From Macrostomum hystrix (taxonomy: Eukaryota > Animalia > Platyhelminthes): DNA of 64,000 nt. This document shows positions 24,304-36,075 of this stretch, in pieces. The stretch is from contig CATNEN010000001.1 in NCBI GenBank assembly GCA_950097015.1, forward strand, positions 186,001 to 250,000. Direction: 5' to 3'. The notes beneath the pieces are model-generated. The model worked only from the letters and a program-made list of their open reading frames with translations, was not told the origin of the DNA and ran no database searches. Each line of letters starts with the position of its first letter. The first letter of the stretch is position 1. The position numbers were made by a program, and so were the translations under genes.

Positions 24304-24984
24304 ATTTAATAATGTAGGCTAATTTTTTCTGAGCAATTACTGAGCACGCTTAGCCGACTAATCGACGCCTGAATTCTATATTGCGCAACATTTTCATTTC
24401 GATTCGACATTTTTATTTTTATTTAAGGTTTCAAAATTTAATTTATTGATTGATTGGATCATGCAGACCCAAGATCGTTTAACAAAAACTTTTTAGATAT
24501 AAAATTTCACAACTAAACATTTTTGGGCCAATAGGAAACATTTCCCCCGGTTTTTTCAATCCAGTAGCTGGCCTAATTAACCACTTTATTTCATTCAGTA
24601 CTACTACTGTTAGTAGCTTAATACTACTCATAGGCTTTGTGTCCCTCTCTGTCTGAGTGCTTTGCTGAGAATTGCTAAATAAAACAGAACTTTTTTCTCT
24701 GTCGTTCGGTTTCAAGTTGAAAAAATCGTTCAAAGTTTAATCGGTAACGTTAAATTTTCCGTCTACTAATTGGGCTTTATTTTTTTAACTTATTGATAAA
24801 AAGTGAAACAACACACGGCCTGATGCTAAATATGATTGGGTAACAATAAGAGAATAAAGTATAATGTCTTTGAAGAAAATACTAGATTTCCGAAATTGAA
24901 AACAGATAAGAGGCTATTGACGTTTTCTTTAACTTACTTTAACAAAAATCGTATTTTATAAAAGTTCGCACTTTATAGATTTAA

Positions 24985-25300
24985 ATAAATAATAATAATG
25001 ATAATTGATTACACCTGCCCCAATTGGGCCAGACGTGCAGCCGACAGCACAGCCGCAGCTATTGCGCGGCGCATCTGAAGGCTGCGTACAGCTGTTCAGT
25101 CCATGGACTGGGGAAACGCCACACCCACCTTCAATTATCCCAGCTGATGCTGGTACCCATTTAACAGCTGGGTGAACTGAAGCAATGCAGAGTTAAGTGT
25201 CTTGCTAAAGGACACAAATTGTTCCAGTGGAGTCGGGAATCGAACCCCCGACCTTCAAGTTGTGAATCCGACGCCCTAACCACTAGGCTACAACCTGTTT
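24985..25300 (-). mobile_element. tRNA-derived SINE with a CORE-like central domain
   Basis: Minus strand: A box TAGCCTAGTGG, B box GGTTCGATTCCC, then TGTGTCCTTTAGCAAGACACTTAAC...CTGTTAAATGGGTACC and a (TTA)n tail. Flanked by a 7-bp direct repeat GATTTAA (24978-24984, 25301-25307). Confidence 0.85.
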
Positions 25301-25464
25301 GATTTAAGTCAATGTTACTTGTAAATAAGTTTTCATAAATCAGTAATCTAGTTTTTAGAAAAAACATTCCTTCCTAAGGAAATACTTTCTGCGTTTCTTG
25401 GAAAACCGTACTTTTCTTAAAATTTTTTGTTTGACAACTTTTAAGCAATCTAGATTCTACGACG

Positions 25465-26643
25465 GTTGTGTCCAACTGCAAGAGAGGGTCCAGATGTGCC
25501 GCCACCTATTCAACGCCTATCAAAACGAACCCGACTTTCTTGGCCGCCTGCATGGTAACTGGTGATAAAACGTGGTTTCACTTCTACGAACCGGAAACGA
25601 AACAGCAGAGCAGAGTCTGGAAGGCTACTCACGAACCCCCACCGGTCAAGGCCAAGGCGGTGCAGTCAGCACCGTGGATACCAGGGCACGCCGGTTTCCC
25701 TGGTAACGAGCTTGCTGACCACCTGGCCAAGCAGGGAGGAGCCAGCTCTGCGCCGGGCCCCTCCCCCCCGGCTCCGATTCCGAGCACCGTCATTTATCGT
25801 CAGATTAATGATTGGACCGCCAACCTACATCTTACCCGGTGGAGAAGCACCACTAACTGCCGCCAATCCAAAGCGGCAGTTCCAGTGCCATCCGCTCGGC
25901 TCCGGAAGGTCCTTCTGAACCAGACCCGGAAGGACATCCGGGCCCTCACCATGACCCTCACGGGCCATGGCTGCTACGCCAGACACTGTTTCCTCCGTGG
26001 AGACCTCCGGAGTGAGCTGTGCCCTTTCTGCAACCTTGAGGACGAGGATGCCCTGCACTTCGTCTGTCACTGCCCTTTCTTCACCAGAGAGAGGCTTAAT
26101 CACCTCGGACCAAACCCATCCATGGACGATGTTTGCAGATCCGAGAACATCCCGCGGCTCGTCCGGTTCCTAAGGGCTACCAGACGAGCCTCTTTCTTCC
26201 CCAGCGAGGAACAAGCTGCAGGAAGGACCGAACACGGACCTCCCTGACTGGCCCCGCGCCATCGGCCGATTGCGGGTCTTTCAGGGATTAGCGGAATGGG
26301 CGACTCCCGCCTCCCCGCTGCGTCCGTCGGACCGCCCTGCAGATAAGTCAAGCAAGTCAAGGTGCAGTCAGCAGGTAAGCGCATGGCCACCGTGTTCTGG
26401 GACAGAGAAGGCATCTTGCTGATCGAGTGGCTACCTGAAGGCAGAACCATCAATGCCCAGTACTACTGTGAAATATTCGAACCGCTGCGTGAGAAGATCA
26501 AGAGTGAGCGCCGGGGAAGGATCACCAGGGTCATTGTGCTGCAGCAGGACAACGCCAGGCCTCATACCTGCAATGCAACTATGGATGTCATCAGGAGACT
26601 AGGCTTCGAGTTGCTGCCTCACCCTGCCTATTCTTCCATTTTT
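25465..26643 (+). mobile_element. Degenerate mariner (Tc1/mariner) transposase fragment, interrupted by a LINE
   Basis: VTGDKTWFHFYEPETKQQSRVW ... KRMATVFWDREGILLIEWL ... LQQDNARPH ... LPHPAYS. Frameshift near 25550; truncated before the third catalytic Asp; no TIRs seen. Confidence 0.9.
25672..26360 (+). mobile_element. 5'-truncated non-LTR retrotransposon (RNase H C-terminus + CCHC zinc finger + 3' UTR), I-group-like
   Basis: WIPGHAGFPGNELADHLAKQG (RNase H), LTGHG, CPFC-x8-H-x4-C. Tail AAGTCAAGCAAGTCAA. 13-bp TSD GGTGCAGTCAGCA at 25659-25671 and 26361-26373. Confidence 0.92.
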
Positions 26644-26811
26644 CTACCTTGATGATTATTCTACGTAATAGTTTCTAGGAAAGTCAAGTTTGTTTTAAGA
26701 AACGCTTTTGTAATTTTTTAACGTCTGTCGACGGGTAAACCAGGTAGGAAATTTTATATCTCTGCAATCCTCATGATTGTCCTCCTTATCTCCATTTCTG
26801 TTATCGGAATT

Positions 26812-27269
26812 TTAACAGTCGCCACTCCGGACAAGCTGCACGGAGACTCTGCCGTGACCATTTTGGTGGCTGCCGTTGCTGCAGCTGACACCGCCGCAGA
26901 ATGATCCTCCACCCCCGCCAGCGTCCGGATAGTCAAGTCCGGCACCGCCTCCGCTGAAGCCGCCGCCACCTCCGGGCGCTCCGTACATGACTCCGGCGCC
27001 GCCGCCGCCGCCGCCGCCGATGCCGCCGCATCCAAGAAGGTCGCCTCCGGCCCGACCGCCGACCCAGCCTTTGGCGAGACCGCCGCCCTCTTCGCCGTCG
27101 TCAGTGCTCAGTATCAGCCGTCAGGTTGAACAAACCGGAAATTACGACGCCCAAACCGCCAGAGTTTACGGTCCAAGAACCACCGCAAGCTCCGGAGACC
27201 TCAATGTGGTGGCAGCTGGTAGCTTTGATCCTAGCAAACTGAATTGATCCGTTGCAGTTTCCACTTTGG
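26812..27269 (-). pseudogene. ALK/LTK-like glycine-rich domain exon, internally deleted and frameshifted (3' part of the PAN gene at 27627-28082)
   Basis: Minus strand: QSGNCNGSIQFARIKATSCHHIEVSGACGGSWTVNSGGLGVVISGLFNLT, then after a frameshift GWVGGRAGG...GGGGGFSGGGAG...AGGGGGSFCGG...NGHGRVSVQLVRSGDC*. Confidence 0.7.
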
Positions 27270-27626
27270 CTGAAAAATATTTTTCTTTTACTTAAGTAAC
27301 AGAAAATTGGGAGGATAGAACCAACACTATTTTAAAAGCCGATAAATTTTTACCTAAGCGGTGATAGACAAGGCTAATGTGTTCAGTACTTCAAAAGGGG
27401 CGAGTGGCAGAGCGGTCTAATCGACTGTCACCAAATGATCTTGTAATCCAGTGTCCTTAAATCCTCGTTTACAAGTGCAGTCTACAGTTTTACCCACATA
27501 AAACTTGCTCTGGTCTGGAGCGGGGCTATCTTGAAATTGCATAGCATAATTTTAACGCCAGATTAAAAGGCCATTTTTCAAAAAGCTTTGTTTGGTTGCC
27601 TAGAAGACAAGTGAAATTGAATATTT

Positions 27627-28082
27627 TCAACTCACACTGAACTTGGTAGAACCGGACAGGGCTGTATAGTTGACGGTAATGTATTGACCTCGATTAATTA
27701 TATTATCGAAGTCGTTTATCTTCCACGTCTTCGCTCCGACCTTCGTCCGCATCAACGTGGCTAGGCCAGTCAAGGGAGTCAACGGTGCAGTCTTGATGTC
27801 GTCTCGAGGCATGAGCAGTTGGCACACTCTGCTGACGTAGCCGAATGTGGCGGCGGCGCAGTCGCGTTGGATGCACCGGAACACGCACTCGGTCTCAGAT
27901 CGAGTATTTGGCTCGTCGACCATGTCAGCAAGGATTCCGGGGTCAAGGATGGTAGCCTCGACAGATTGGAGCTGATTGTGAGACTGCATCTGCTCAGCAG
28001 TCGATTGTGAAATCATCACAGCGACTATGAGAACTAGACTCAAGGAATGGTACAGATCGGACTTCATCGCTTTTTTACTCAT
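27627..28082 (-). CDS. Secreted PAN/apple-domain protein (paralog 1), first exon
   Basis: Hydrophobic signal peptide SLSLVLIVAVMISQSTA; PAN-type C-x3-C-x4-C...C (ECVFRCIQRDCAAATFGYVSRVCQL); GTGAGT donor-like site near the ORF end. The downstream part carries a TAG where copies B/C have TGG. Confidence 0.7.
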   Translation of the reverse strand: MSKKAMKSDLYHSLSLVLIVAVMISQSTAEQMQSHNQLQSVEATILDPGILADMVDEPNTRSETECVFRCIQRDCAAATFGYVSRVCQLLMPRDDIKTAPLTPLTGLATLMRTKVGAKTWKINDFDNIINRGQYITVNYTALSGSTKFSVS

Positions 28083-28297
28083 AGAAACTATACGAAAGAG
28101 TATGAAGCAAAGGGTGGGACAAAAATTTATGGTCGGACGCTTTTAGTGGCAAATATGCGGGCTAGACTCATTTTTTTAAAAGCTTCCATTCAATCTAATT
28201 GTGGCCATTGTTGCTTTAAAACACATCTTCCTAACAATGGCTCATTTTTTTTAAACTCCCTTGTTTTAAGTATCGAACAGGGCGTTGTTTTCAATTT

Positions 28298-31200
28298 AGG
28301 AAGGAAGGAAGGAAGGAAGGAAGGAAGAAGGGAAGGAAGGAAGGAAGGAAGGAAGAAAGGAATGAAGAAAGGAAGGAAGGAAGAAGGGAAGGAAGAAAGG
28401 AAGGAAGGAAGAAAGGTAGGAAGGAAGAAAGGAAGAAAGAAAGGAAGGAAGGAAGGAAGGAAGGAAGGAAGCAAGGAAGGAAGGAAGGAAGGAAGGAAGA
28501 AAGGAAGGAAGAAAGGAAGGAAGGAATAAAAAGGGAAGGAAGGTAGGAAGGAAAAAGGAAGGAAGGTAGGAAGGAAGGAAGGAAAAAGGAAGGAAGGAAG
28601 GAAAGAAGGAAGGTAGGAAGAAAGGAAGGAAGGAAGGAAGGAAGCAAGGAAGGAAGGAAGCAAGCAAGGAAGGAAGGAAGGAAAGAAGAAAGGAAGGAAG
28701 GAAGGAAGAAAGGAAGAAGCGAAGGAAGGAAGGAAGGAAGGAAGAAAGGAAGGAAGAAAGGAAGGAAGGAAGAAAGGAAGGAAGAAAGGAAGGAAGAAAG
28801 GAAGGAAGGAAGGAAGAAAGGAAAAGGGAAGGAAGGAAGGAAGGAAAAAGGAAGGAAGGAAGAAAGGAAGGAAGGAAAAAGGAAGGAAGGAAGAAAGGAA
28901 GGAAGGAAAAAGGAAGGAAGGAAGGAAGGAAGGAAGGAAGGAAGGAAGGAAGGAAGGAAGGTAGGAAGGAAGGAAGGAAAAAGGAAGGAAGGAAGGAAAG
29001 AAGGAAGGTAGGAAGAAAGGAAGAAAGGAAGGAAGGAAGGAAGGAAGAAAGGAAGGAAGGAAGAAAGGAAGGAAGGAAGAAAGAAAGGAAGAAAGGAAGG
29101 AAGGAAGGAAGAAGGGAAGGAAGAAAGGAAGGAAGGAAGAAAGGTAGGAAGGAAGAAAGGAAGAAAGAAAGGAAGGAAGGAAGGAAGGAAGGAAGGAAGC
29201 AAGGAAGGAAGGAAGGAAGGAAGGAAGAAAGGAAGGAAGAAAGGAAGGAAGGAATAAAAAGGGAAGGAAGGTAGGAAGGAAAAAGGAAGGAAGGTAGGAA
29301 GGAAGGAAGGAAAAAGGAAGGAAGGAAGGAAGGAAAGAAGGAAGGTAGGAAGAAAGGAAGGAAGGAAGGAAGGAAGCAAGGAAGGAAGGAAGCAAGCAAG
29401 GAAGGAAGGAAGGAAAGAAGAAAGGAAGGAAGGAAGGAAGAAAGGAAGAAGCGAAGGAAGGAAGGAAGGAAGGAAGAAAGGAAGGAAGAAAGGAAGGAAG
29501 GAAGAAAGGAAGGAAGAAAGGAAGGAAGGAAGGAAGAAAGGAAAAGGGAAGGAAGGAAGGAAGGAAAAAGGAAGGAAGGAAGAAAGGAAGGAAGGAAAAA
29601 GGAAGGAAGGAAGGAAGGAAGGAAGGAAGGAAGGAAGGAAGGAAGGAAGGTAGGAAGGAAGGAAGGAAAAAGGAAGGAAGGAAGGAAAGAAGGAAGGTAG
29701 GAAGAAAGGAAGAAAGGAAGGAAGGAAGGAAGGAAGAAAGGAAGGAAGGAAGAAAGGAAGGAAGGAAGAAAGAAAGGAAGAAAGGAAGGAAGGAAGGAAG
29801 AAAGGAAGGAAGAAAGGAAGGAAGGAAGAAAGGAAGGAAGGAAGGAAGGAAGAAAGGAAGGAACGAAGGAATGAAGGAAGGAAGGAAGGAAGGAAGGAAG
29901 GAAGGAAGGAAGGAAGGAAGAAGGGAAGGAAGTAAGGGAAGGAAGGAAGGAAGGAAGGAAGAAAGGAATGAAGAAAGGAAGGAAGGAAGAAGGGAAGGAA
30001 GAAAGGAAGGAAGGAAGGAAGGTAGGAAGGAAGAAAGAAAGAAAGGAAGGAAGGAAGGAAGAAGGAAGGAAGAAAGGAAGGAAGGAAGGAAAAGGGAAGG
30101 AAGGTAGGACGGAAAAAGGAAGTAAGGTAGGAAGGAAGGAAGAAAGGAAGGAAGGAATGAAAAGGGAAGGAAGGTAGGAAGGAAAAAGGAAGGAAGGAAG
30201 AAAGGAAGGAAGAAAGGAAGGAAGGAATGAAAAGGGAAGGAAGGTAGGAAGGAAAAAGGAAGGAAGGAAGGAAGGAAGGAAGGAAGGAAGGAAGGAAGGT
30301 AGGAAAGAAGGAAGGAAGGTAGGAAGGAAGGAAGGAAGAAAGGAAGGAAGGAAGGAAGAAAGGAAGGAAGAAAGGAAGGAAGGAAGGAAAAGGGAAGGAA
30401 GGTAGGAAGGAAAAAGGAAGTAAGGTAGGAAGGAAGGAAGGAAAAAGGAAGGAAGGAAGGAAGGAAGGAAGGAAGGAAGGAAGGAAGGAAGGTAGGAAGG
30501 AAGGAAGGAAGGAAGGAAGGAAGCAAGGAAGGAAGGAAGCAAGCAAGGAAGGAAGGAAGGAAGGAAGAAAGGAAGGAAGGAAGGAAGAAAGGAAGAAGCG
30601 AAGGAAGGAAGGAAGGAAGGAAGAAAGGAAGGAAGAAAGGAAGGAAGGAAGAAAGGAAGGAAGGAAGGAAGGAAGGAAAAGGGAAGGAAGGTAGGAAGGA
30701 AAAAGGAAGGAACGTAGGAAGGAAGGAAGGAAAAAGGAAGGAAGGAAGGAAGGAAAGAAGGAAGGAAGGAAGGAAGGAAGGAAGGAAGGAAGGAAGAAAG
30801 GAAGGAAGAAAGGAAGGAAGGAAGGAAAAGGGAAGGAAGGTAGGAAGGAAAATTGAAGGAAGGTAGGAAGGAAGGAAGGAAGAAAGGAAGGAAGGAAGGA
30901 AGAAAGGAAGGAAGAAAGGAAGAAAGGAAGGAAGGAAGGAAGGAAGGAAGGAATGAAGCAAGGAAGGAAGGAAGGAAGGAAGGAAGAAAGCAAGGAAGGA
31001 AGGAAGGAAAGAAGAAAGGAAGGAAGGAATGAAGCAAGGAAGGAAGGAAGCAAGCAAGGAAGGAAGGAAGGAAAGAAGGAAGGAAGGAAGGAAGGAAGAA
31101 AGGAAGAAGCGAAGGAAGGAAGGAAGGAAGGAAGAAAGGAAGGAAGAAAGGAAGGAAGGAAGAAAGGAAGGAAGAAAGGAAGGAAGGAAGAAAGGAAGGA

Positions 31201-31907
31201 AGGAAGGAAGGAAGGAAGGAAGGAAGGAAGGAAGGAAGGAAGGAAGGTAGGAAGGAAGAAAGGAAGAAAGGAAGGAAGGAAGGAAGGTAGGAAGGAAGAA
31301 AGGAAGAAAGGAAGGAAGGAAGAAAGGAAGGAAGGAAGAAAGCAAGGAAGGAAGGAAGGAAGGAAGGAATGAAGCAAAGAAGGAAGCAAGGAAGGAAGGA
31401 AGCAAGCAAGGAAGGAAGGAAGGAAGGAAGGAAGGAAGAAAGGAAGGAAGGAAGAAAGGAAGGAAGGAAGAAAGAAAGGAAGAAAGGAAGGAAGGAAGGA
31501 AGAAAGGAAGGAAGAAAGGAAGGAAGGAAGAAAGGAAGGAAGGAAGGAAGGAAGAAAGGAAGGAACGAAGGAATGAAGGTAGGAAGGAAGGAAGGAAGAA
31601 AGGAAGGAAGGAAGGAAGAAAGGAAGGAAGGAAGGAAGAAGGGAAGGGAGAAAGGAAGGAAGGAAGGAAGGTAGGAAGGAAGAAAGAAAGAAAGGAAGGA
31701 AGGAAGGAAGAAGGAAGGAAGAAAGGAAGGAAGGAAGGAAAAGGGAAGGAAGGTAGGACGGAAAAAGGAAGTAAGGTAGGAAGGAAGGAAGAAAGGAAGG
31801 AAGGAATGAAGGAAGGAAGGAAGGAAGGAAGGTAGGAAGGAAGGAAGGAAGGAAGGAAAAAGGAAGGAAGGAAGGAAGTAAGGAAGGAAGGAAGGAAGGA
31901 AGGAAGG
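28298..31907. repeat. 3.6-kb imperfect (GGAA)n polypurine array
   Basis: Seen directly; the source of the >1000-aa LPSF pseudo-ORFs. Confidence 0.98.
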
Positions 31908-31938
31908 TAATTATTTCATTTCTATTAATTTGTTTTAG

Positions 31939-32131
31939 AGCAGGGTATGACTACGATCCAAATGCCCCATGTCCATCGTGCAAAGCCGGGAGTGGTACGA
32001 GGAAGGAATGGAAGTGGTACATCTTACTTTTTATCGTGTCAATTATTTTAGTAGTTCTTGCTATTTTAGCGTTTTTATTTTATCGAAATGAGATAACAAA
32101 TATGCTCAAACGAACCTTTCCTTCAAAATGA
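31939..32131 (+). pseudogene. Orphan last exon (TM segment) of the CAP gene in cassette copy A
   Basis: Near-identical to 46390-46579, but exons 1-2 are absent upstream. Confidence 0.8.
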
Positions 32132-33088
32132 GACGTGACAAAGCAAGCTGTGAGCCGCAGCACACGAACTTTTAACAGTTAAATTGTATATTTTTTCTGC
32201 GAAAATATTTCCCACTTTCTCACTTTCTAAGAAATCGATATTCACTACTTCTTCTACAAGTATACTACTTATACCTATATGGCTACAATATTTTTAGTTA
32301 TACGCTGGTAGCAAACAACAATCAATTTTTTTAATTAGTAACACATTTATGAATGAAATTGTTTTCTAATAATTTTCTTCGCTGTCATTAGATAATTGCG
32401 TAGTTTTTAATTTCAACACTTTAATTTGAAACCGTTTTTTAACGCTGCATTAATTCCTACTAATTCCTTAAATAGCAACTCACAATTCACAACAGAGTGA
32501 AAACCACACTTACAATTCGCGCTTAAGGCTTTCTACGAAAGTGTTTCAATGCTGCTTTTTATTCAACAGTTTATTTACGGTCACCTTTTGTTTCATTTAA
32601 GATCGAGTTATTCTCAACAATTGCTTTAAAAAAAGTACGTTAAAGCTTCTAGGGCGACATCCTGTAATATATTCTCTTACTTTTTATATTCGTCGTAAAA
32701 CCCTACAAGAACCGTCAGGCAACGAAGCATACATTTAAATTTCAAATAGTAATGCTTATCCAATAGAACATTATAAATATTAGAGTGACGAAAAAGCTAA
32801 TAATGTCAGCTAATAAAACAAATATATTTAAGGTACAGAAATGTTTCCTAAATATATCAAATTAATATTAACGTTGTCCTTGTTATTTATTATAATTAAT
32901 CTAAAAATTCCATCTCGTATTTACAGTTATGGAAGTTACGAAAATTATCGATCAATATATAACTGTGACTTCAACTATATTACCAGTGTCCTCTCTCTGC
33001 TTAGATGATTCTCTTGGTTAACTTTTTAAATCGAGAAAGCATCTTTGCTATAATCGTAGTTGAAACATTTCATCCTGATCACAATGGA

Positions 33089-33525
33089 CTAATTGATCGG
33101 TTCAAAGCTAGCAGTTGCTGTCAGGCCACAGCTGTTGAACGCTGACCCGACCGTGGCCCAAATTGTTACCGGACGAGCCGATGCAGCTGCTGCCGCCGTA
33201 GTAGGAGCCCCGCCGCCGCCACTGTGCGTGTACTTGACCCCGGCGCCACCGCCGAATCCACCGCAGCCCAGCGCGTCGCCGCCGGCCCGACCGCCGACCC
33301 AGCCTTCGGCCAGAGAACCGCCCTCCTCGCCATCGATGGAGGTCCGTCTCGGATTGACCGGCTTGCCAAGCCAGCCGGCTCCGCAGCCGCCGTGGTAGCT
33401 TCCGGACACGGTGGCTTCGGGTTGAACATCCTGGCTGACCGTTGGCGCAGCCGATACCGCAGTGAGTACAATTGTCTTTGTTGCCACGCGAGTTTGCACC
33501 GTTGGTTCCAGCCAATCCGTTGAGA
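33089..33525 (-). pseudogene. ALK/LTK-like glycine-rich exon of PAN paralog 2, frameshifted
   Basis: GCANGQPG / YHGGCGAGW...GWVGGRAGGDALGCGGFGGGAG / YYGGSSC...GHGRVSVQ spread across alternating frames; homologous to 26812-27110. Confidence 0.7.
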
Positions 33526-33821
33526 CCTGAGTGTGTTTTTCAATTTGCTTGTAGCGAGTATCACCGTGTTTGCAAGGCCCGGACCTATACAGACTCTTAA
33601 CTGTCTAATTAACTGTTGAGTCTTTTCACGAGCAGGCACGGTCATTTAGGGCTATTCAAAAGTCCAGCTGAGAGTCTGGCCTGCCATGCAGGACTTCTGC
33701 AACCTTCGCTAGTTCAGCGAGGTGCCCGAAGCTGCTTGTCGAATCTTCTTTCACGCCACTGGCCTAATAATAATAACTGCATGCAGGAGGGCTCCAGGCA
33801 GTGGCACATCATTTACTGGCA

Positions 33822-34105
33822 CTAGACCCGCAGCCAGCGAGGAGGCAATTCTGCCCAATACGCTGACTCCTTATCCTGAGCCGCACACACGCACACAGAC
33901 AGATACCGTACGCAGACGCACGCTCACACAGATGTGTACATCTGCCGTAACTTTCTCATCGTCAGGCAGTGTACACTCTCACTGTGCCTTGGAGGTTGGC
34001 CCTCAAGGGCGCAAATTGCACGACAAGCCCCCAAGCCTTCTCTCCGCGGCTGCGCCCAATCGAGCTTAGGGACCTTGGTGCGAGAGCCAAACGCGTTAAC
34101 CGCGT
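33822..34105 (-). mobile_element. tRNA-derived SINE-like dispersed repeat, family 2
   Basis: Minus-strand head GGTTAACGCGTTTGGCT...GCTCGATTGG. The body motif GTGTACATCTGCC..ACTTTCTCATCGTCAGGCAGTGTACAC also occurs at ~8625, ~16470, ~39350, 40008, ~52775 and 53544. Confidence 0.65.
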
Positions 34106-34599
34106 TGTTTTATCGAATAAAGTGGAAAATTTGAGAAATAAATTCTGGTTGGTTGAATATTTTAAGAGACACAAAAAAAAAAGCTGTGGGTATTCTCAAA
34201 GACATGACAAAGGGTCATTCTAGTGTCCCTTTGTTAACCCGTGCTGTGTCCCTTTGCAATTCAGACGCCTTGCCTCTCCCATACTGGCATACGGTACGCG
34301 GAGGCCAAAAGGCCTTTCGAGTTATCTTGCTTGCTGTTTAGCCTTTGTCAGTTGTTTTGATACGCGGCGCTGATTGGCTGGGCCGCCCTGCCTGGCCGCC
34401 CTTCCCCCAGCTGCGCCGTGATTGGTCAGTGGGTTGCTGGGTTGAGGTGGTGGGGCGGGGGGTTTGGGCGCCATCCCCGCCCCCTGATAAGCCGGCTCTT
34501 ATATTATAAATAATAAATGCGCGGCTCTCGGGGGGTTGCTGGTCATTTACTTTACTTTAAATTTTTACAATCGAATCGAGTTTTTTTATTCATAAACTG

Positions 34600-35002
34600 C
34601 TTCCACGTGATTCACTGTCCAACACACTCGCGCGGTCTTGTTCAGCAGCCTGCTGTTCCGATGCTTCTCGAAGTCATCCAGCTTCCACAGCTCAGTCCCA
34701 GCCTCCTGCCTCATCGCCCTGGACGCGTGTGTCTCCAGCGGGCCGGGCACCTTGGAAGCGTCGCGAATGACAAGCAGCTTACAGACGCTGACATTCTGCA
34801 TCAGTCTGGCGGCTGAGCATGCTGTGAGCTGACATCTGATCATACACTCGGCCTCAGTCAGAACATTCGTCAGGCTGATCAACTCTCGCTGCTCGACGAG
34901 TTGTCTAGAACAATGTCTGTGGTATATTCTTTGACGAAACTGGCAGACATGACCAGTCCATGGACAGCTGGAGAAACGGATGCCAATAGTAGACATGTCC
35001 AA
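34600..35002 (-). pseudogene. PAN/apple-domain exon (paralog 2), frameshifted after the signal peptide
   Basis: ECMIRCQLTACSAARLMQNVSVCKL...WKLDDF aligns with paralog 1 (ECVFRC...WKINDF). The signal-like CLLLASVSPAVHG lies in another frame, with the shift at ~34885. Confidence 0.7.
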
Positions 35003-35489
35003 TCGGATTATTTAAAAGTGCACAAATTTTCTGCTTACCTAAAAATAGCAGAGTAAAACCGAAGTACAATTGCTGCTGGAGCCCAAGTTTTTTTTGTAAA
35101 TTTCTTCTGCCTAATAAAAAATTCCCTATAACAGAATAGTTGGGGCAGACAAGTGTAGCCTTGAATTGAATTGAATCTGACTGGTTGCTTTAGGAGTTGC
35201 TGGGAACAAAATGACAGACGAAAATGGCCCCACTACTGTTGCTGCAATGGCCTTGAGACAGCCTAACATGTCAATAAGTTTCACTTGTCAATATTCTGTC
35301 TCTCCTTTATTTCTGACCTCATTCATCATTCTCAGTAAGATGCTGACAGTTGCGATCGACATGCTGATGAAATTGAACCACTTGGCAAAGCTGTACTCAG
35401 GTGCAGCGCTGATTAGTGTATCGGGGTTGCAATTGAAATAATTATCGCACATGCGATAATTTCGACCTTATGTCAGAACTAGGATCAGG

Positions 35490-36075
35490 ATGACGAGGAG
35501 GAAGAGGAGGAGGAAGAAGATGAGGAGGAAGAAAAAGAAGAAGAGGAAGAAGAGGAGGTGGAAGTAGAGGAAGAAAAGGAAGAGGAGGAAGAAGAGGAGG
35601 TGGAAGTAGAGGAAGAAAAGCAAGAGGAGGAAGAAGAGGAGGTGGAAGTAGAGGAAGAAAAGGAAGAGGAGGAAGAAGAGGAGGTGGAAGTAGAGGAAGA
35701 AAAGCAAGAGGAGGAAGAAGAGGAGGTGGAAGTAGAGGAAGAAAAGGAAGAGGAGGAAGAAGAGGAGGTGGAAGTAGAGGAAGAAAAGGAAGAAGAGGAA
35801 GAAGAGGAGGTGGAAGTAGAGGAAGAAAAGGAAGAAGAGGAAGAAGAGGAGGTGGAAGAAGATGAGGAGGAAGAAAAAGAAGAAGAGGAAGAAGAGGAGG
35901 TGGAAGTAGAGGAAGAAAAGCAAGAGGAGGAAGAAGAGGAGGTGGAAGTAGAGGAAGAAAAGGAAGAAAAGGAAGAAGAGGAAAAAGAGGAAGAAGAGGA
36001 AGACAAAGAAGAAAAGGAAGAAGAGGAAGAAGAGGAAGAAGAGAAGGTGGAAGTAGAGGAAGACAAAGAAGAAGA
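35490..36075. repeat. 42-bp GAA/GAG-rich polypurine minisatellite (copy A)
   Basis: GGTGGAAGTAG recurs every 42 bp. Confidence 0.93.

Noticed and set aside
25228-25298. tRNA gene
   Set aside because: A and B boxes are present, but there is no proper acceptor stem and it continues into a SINE body, tail and TSD
28190-31674. >1000-aa LPSF and KEGR ORFs
   Set aside because: (GGAA)n array
34190-34560. GC-rich block with CCAAT/GC-box-like motifs (also ~47830-48180)
   Set aside because: Probably a transposon end fragment; no TIR partner or TSD found, so left unannotated
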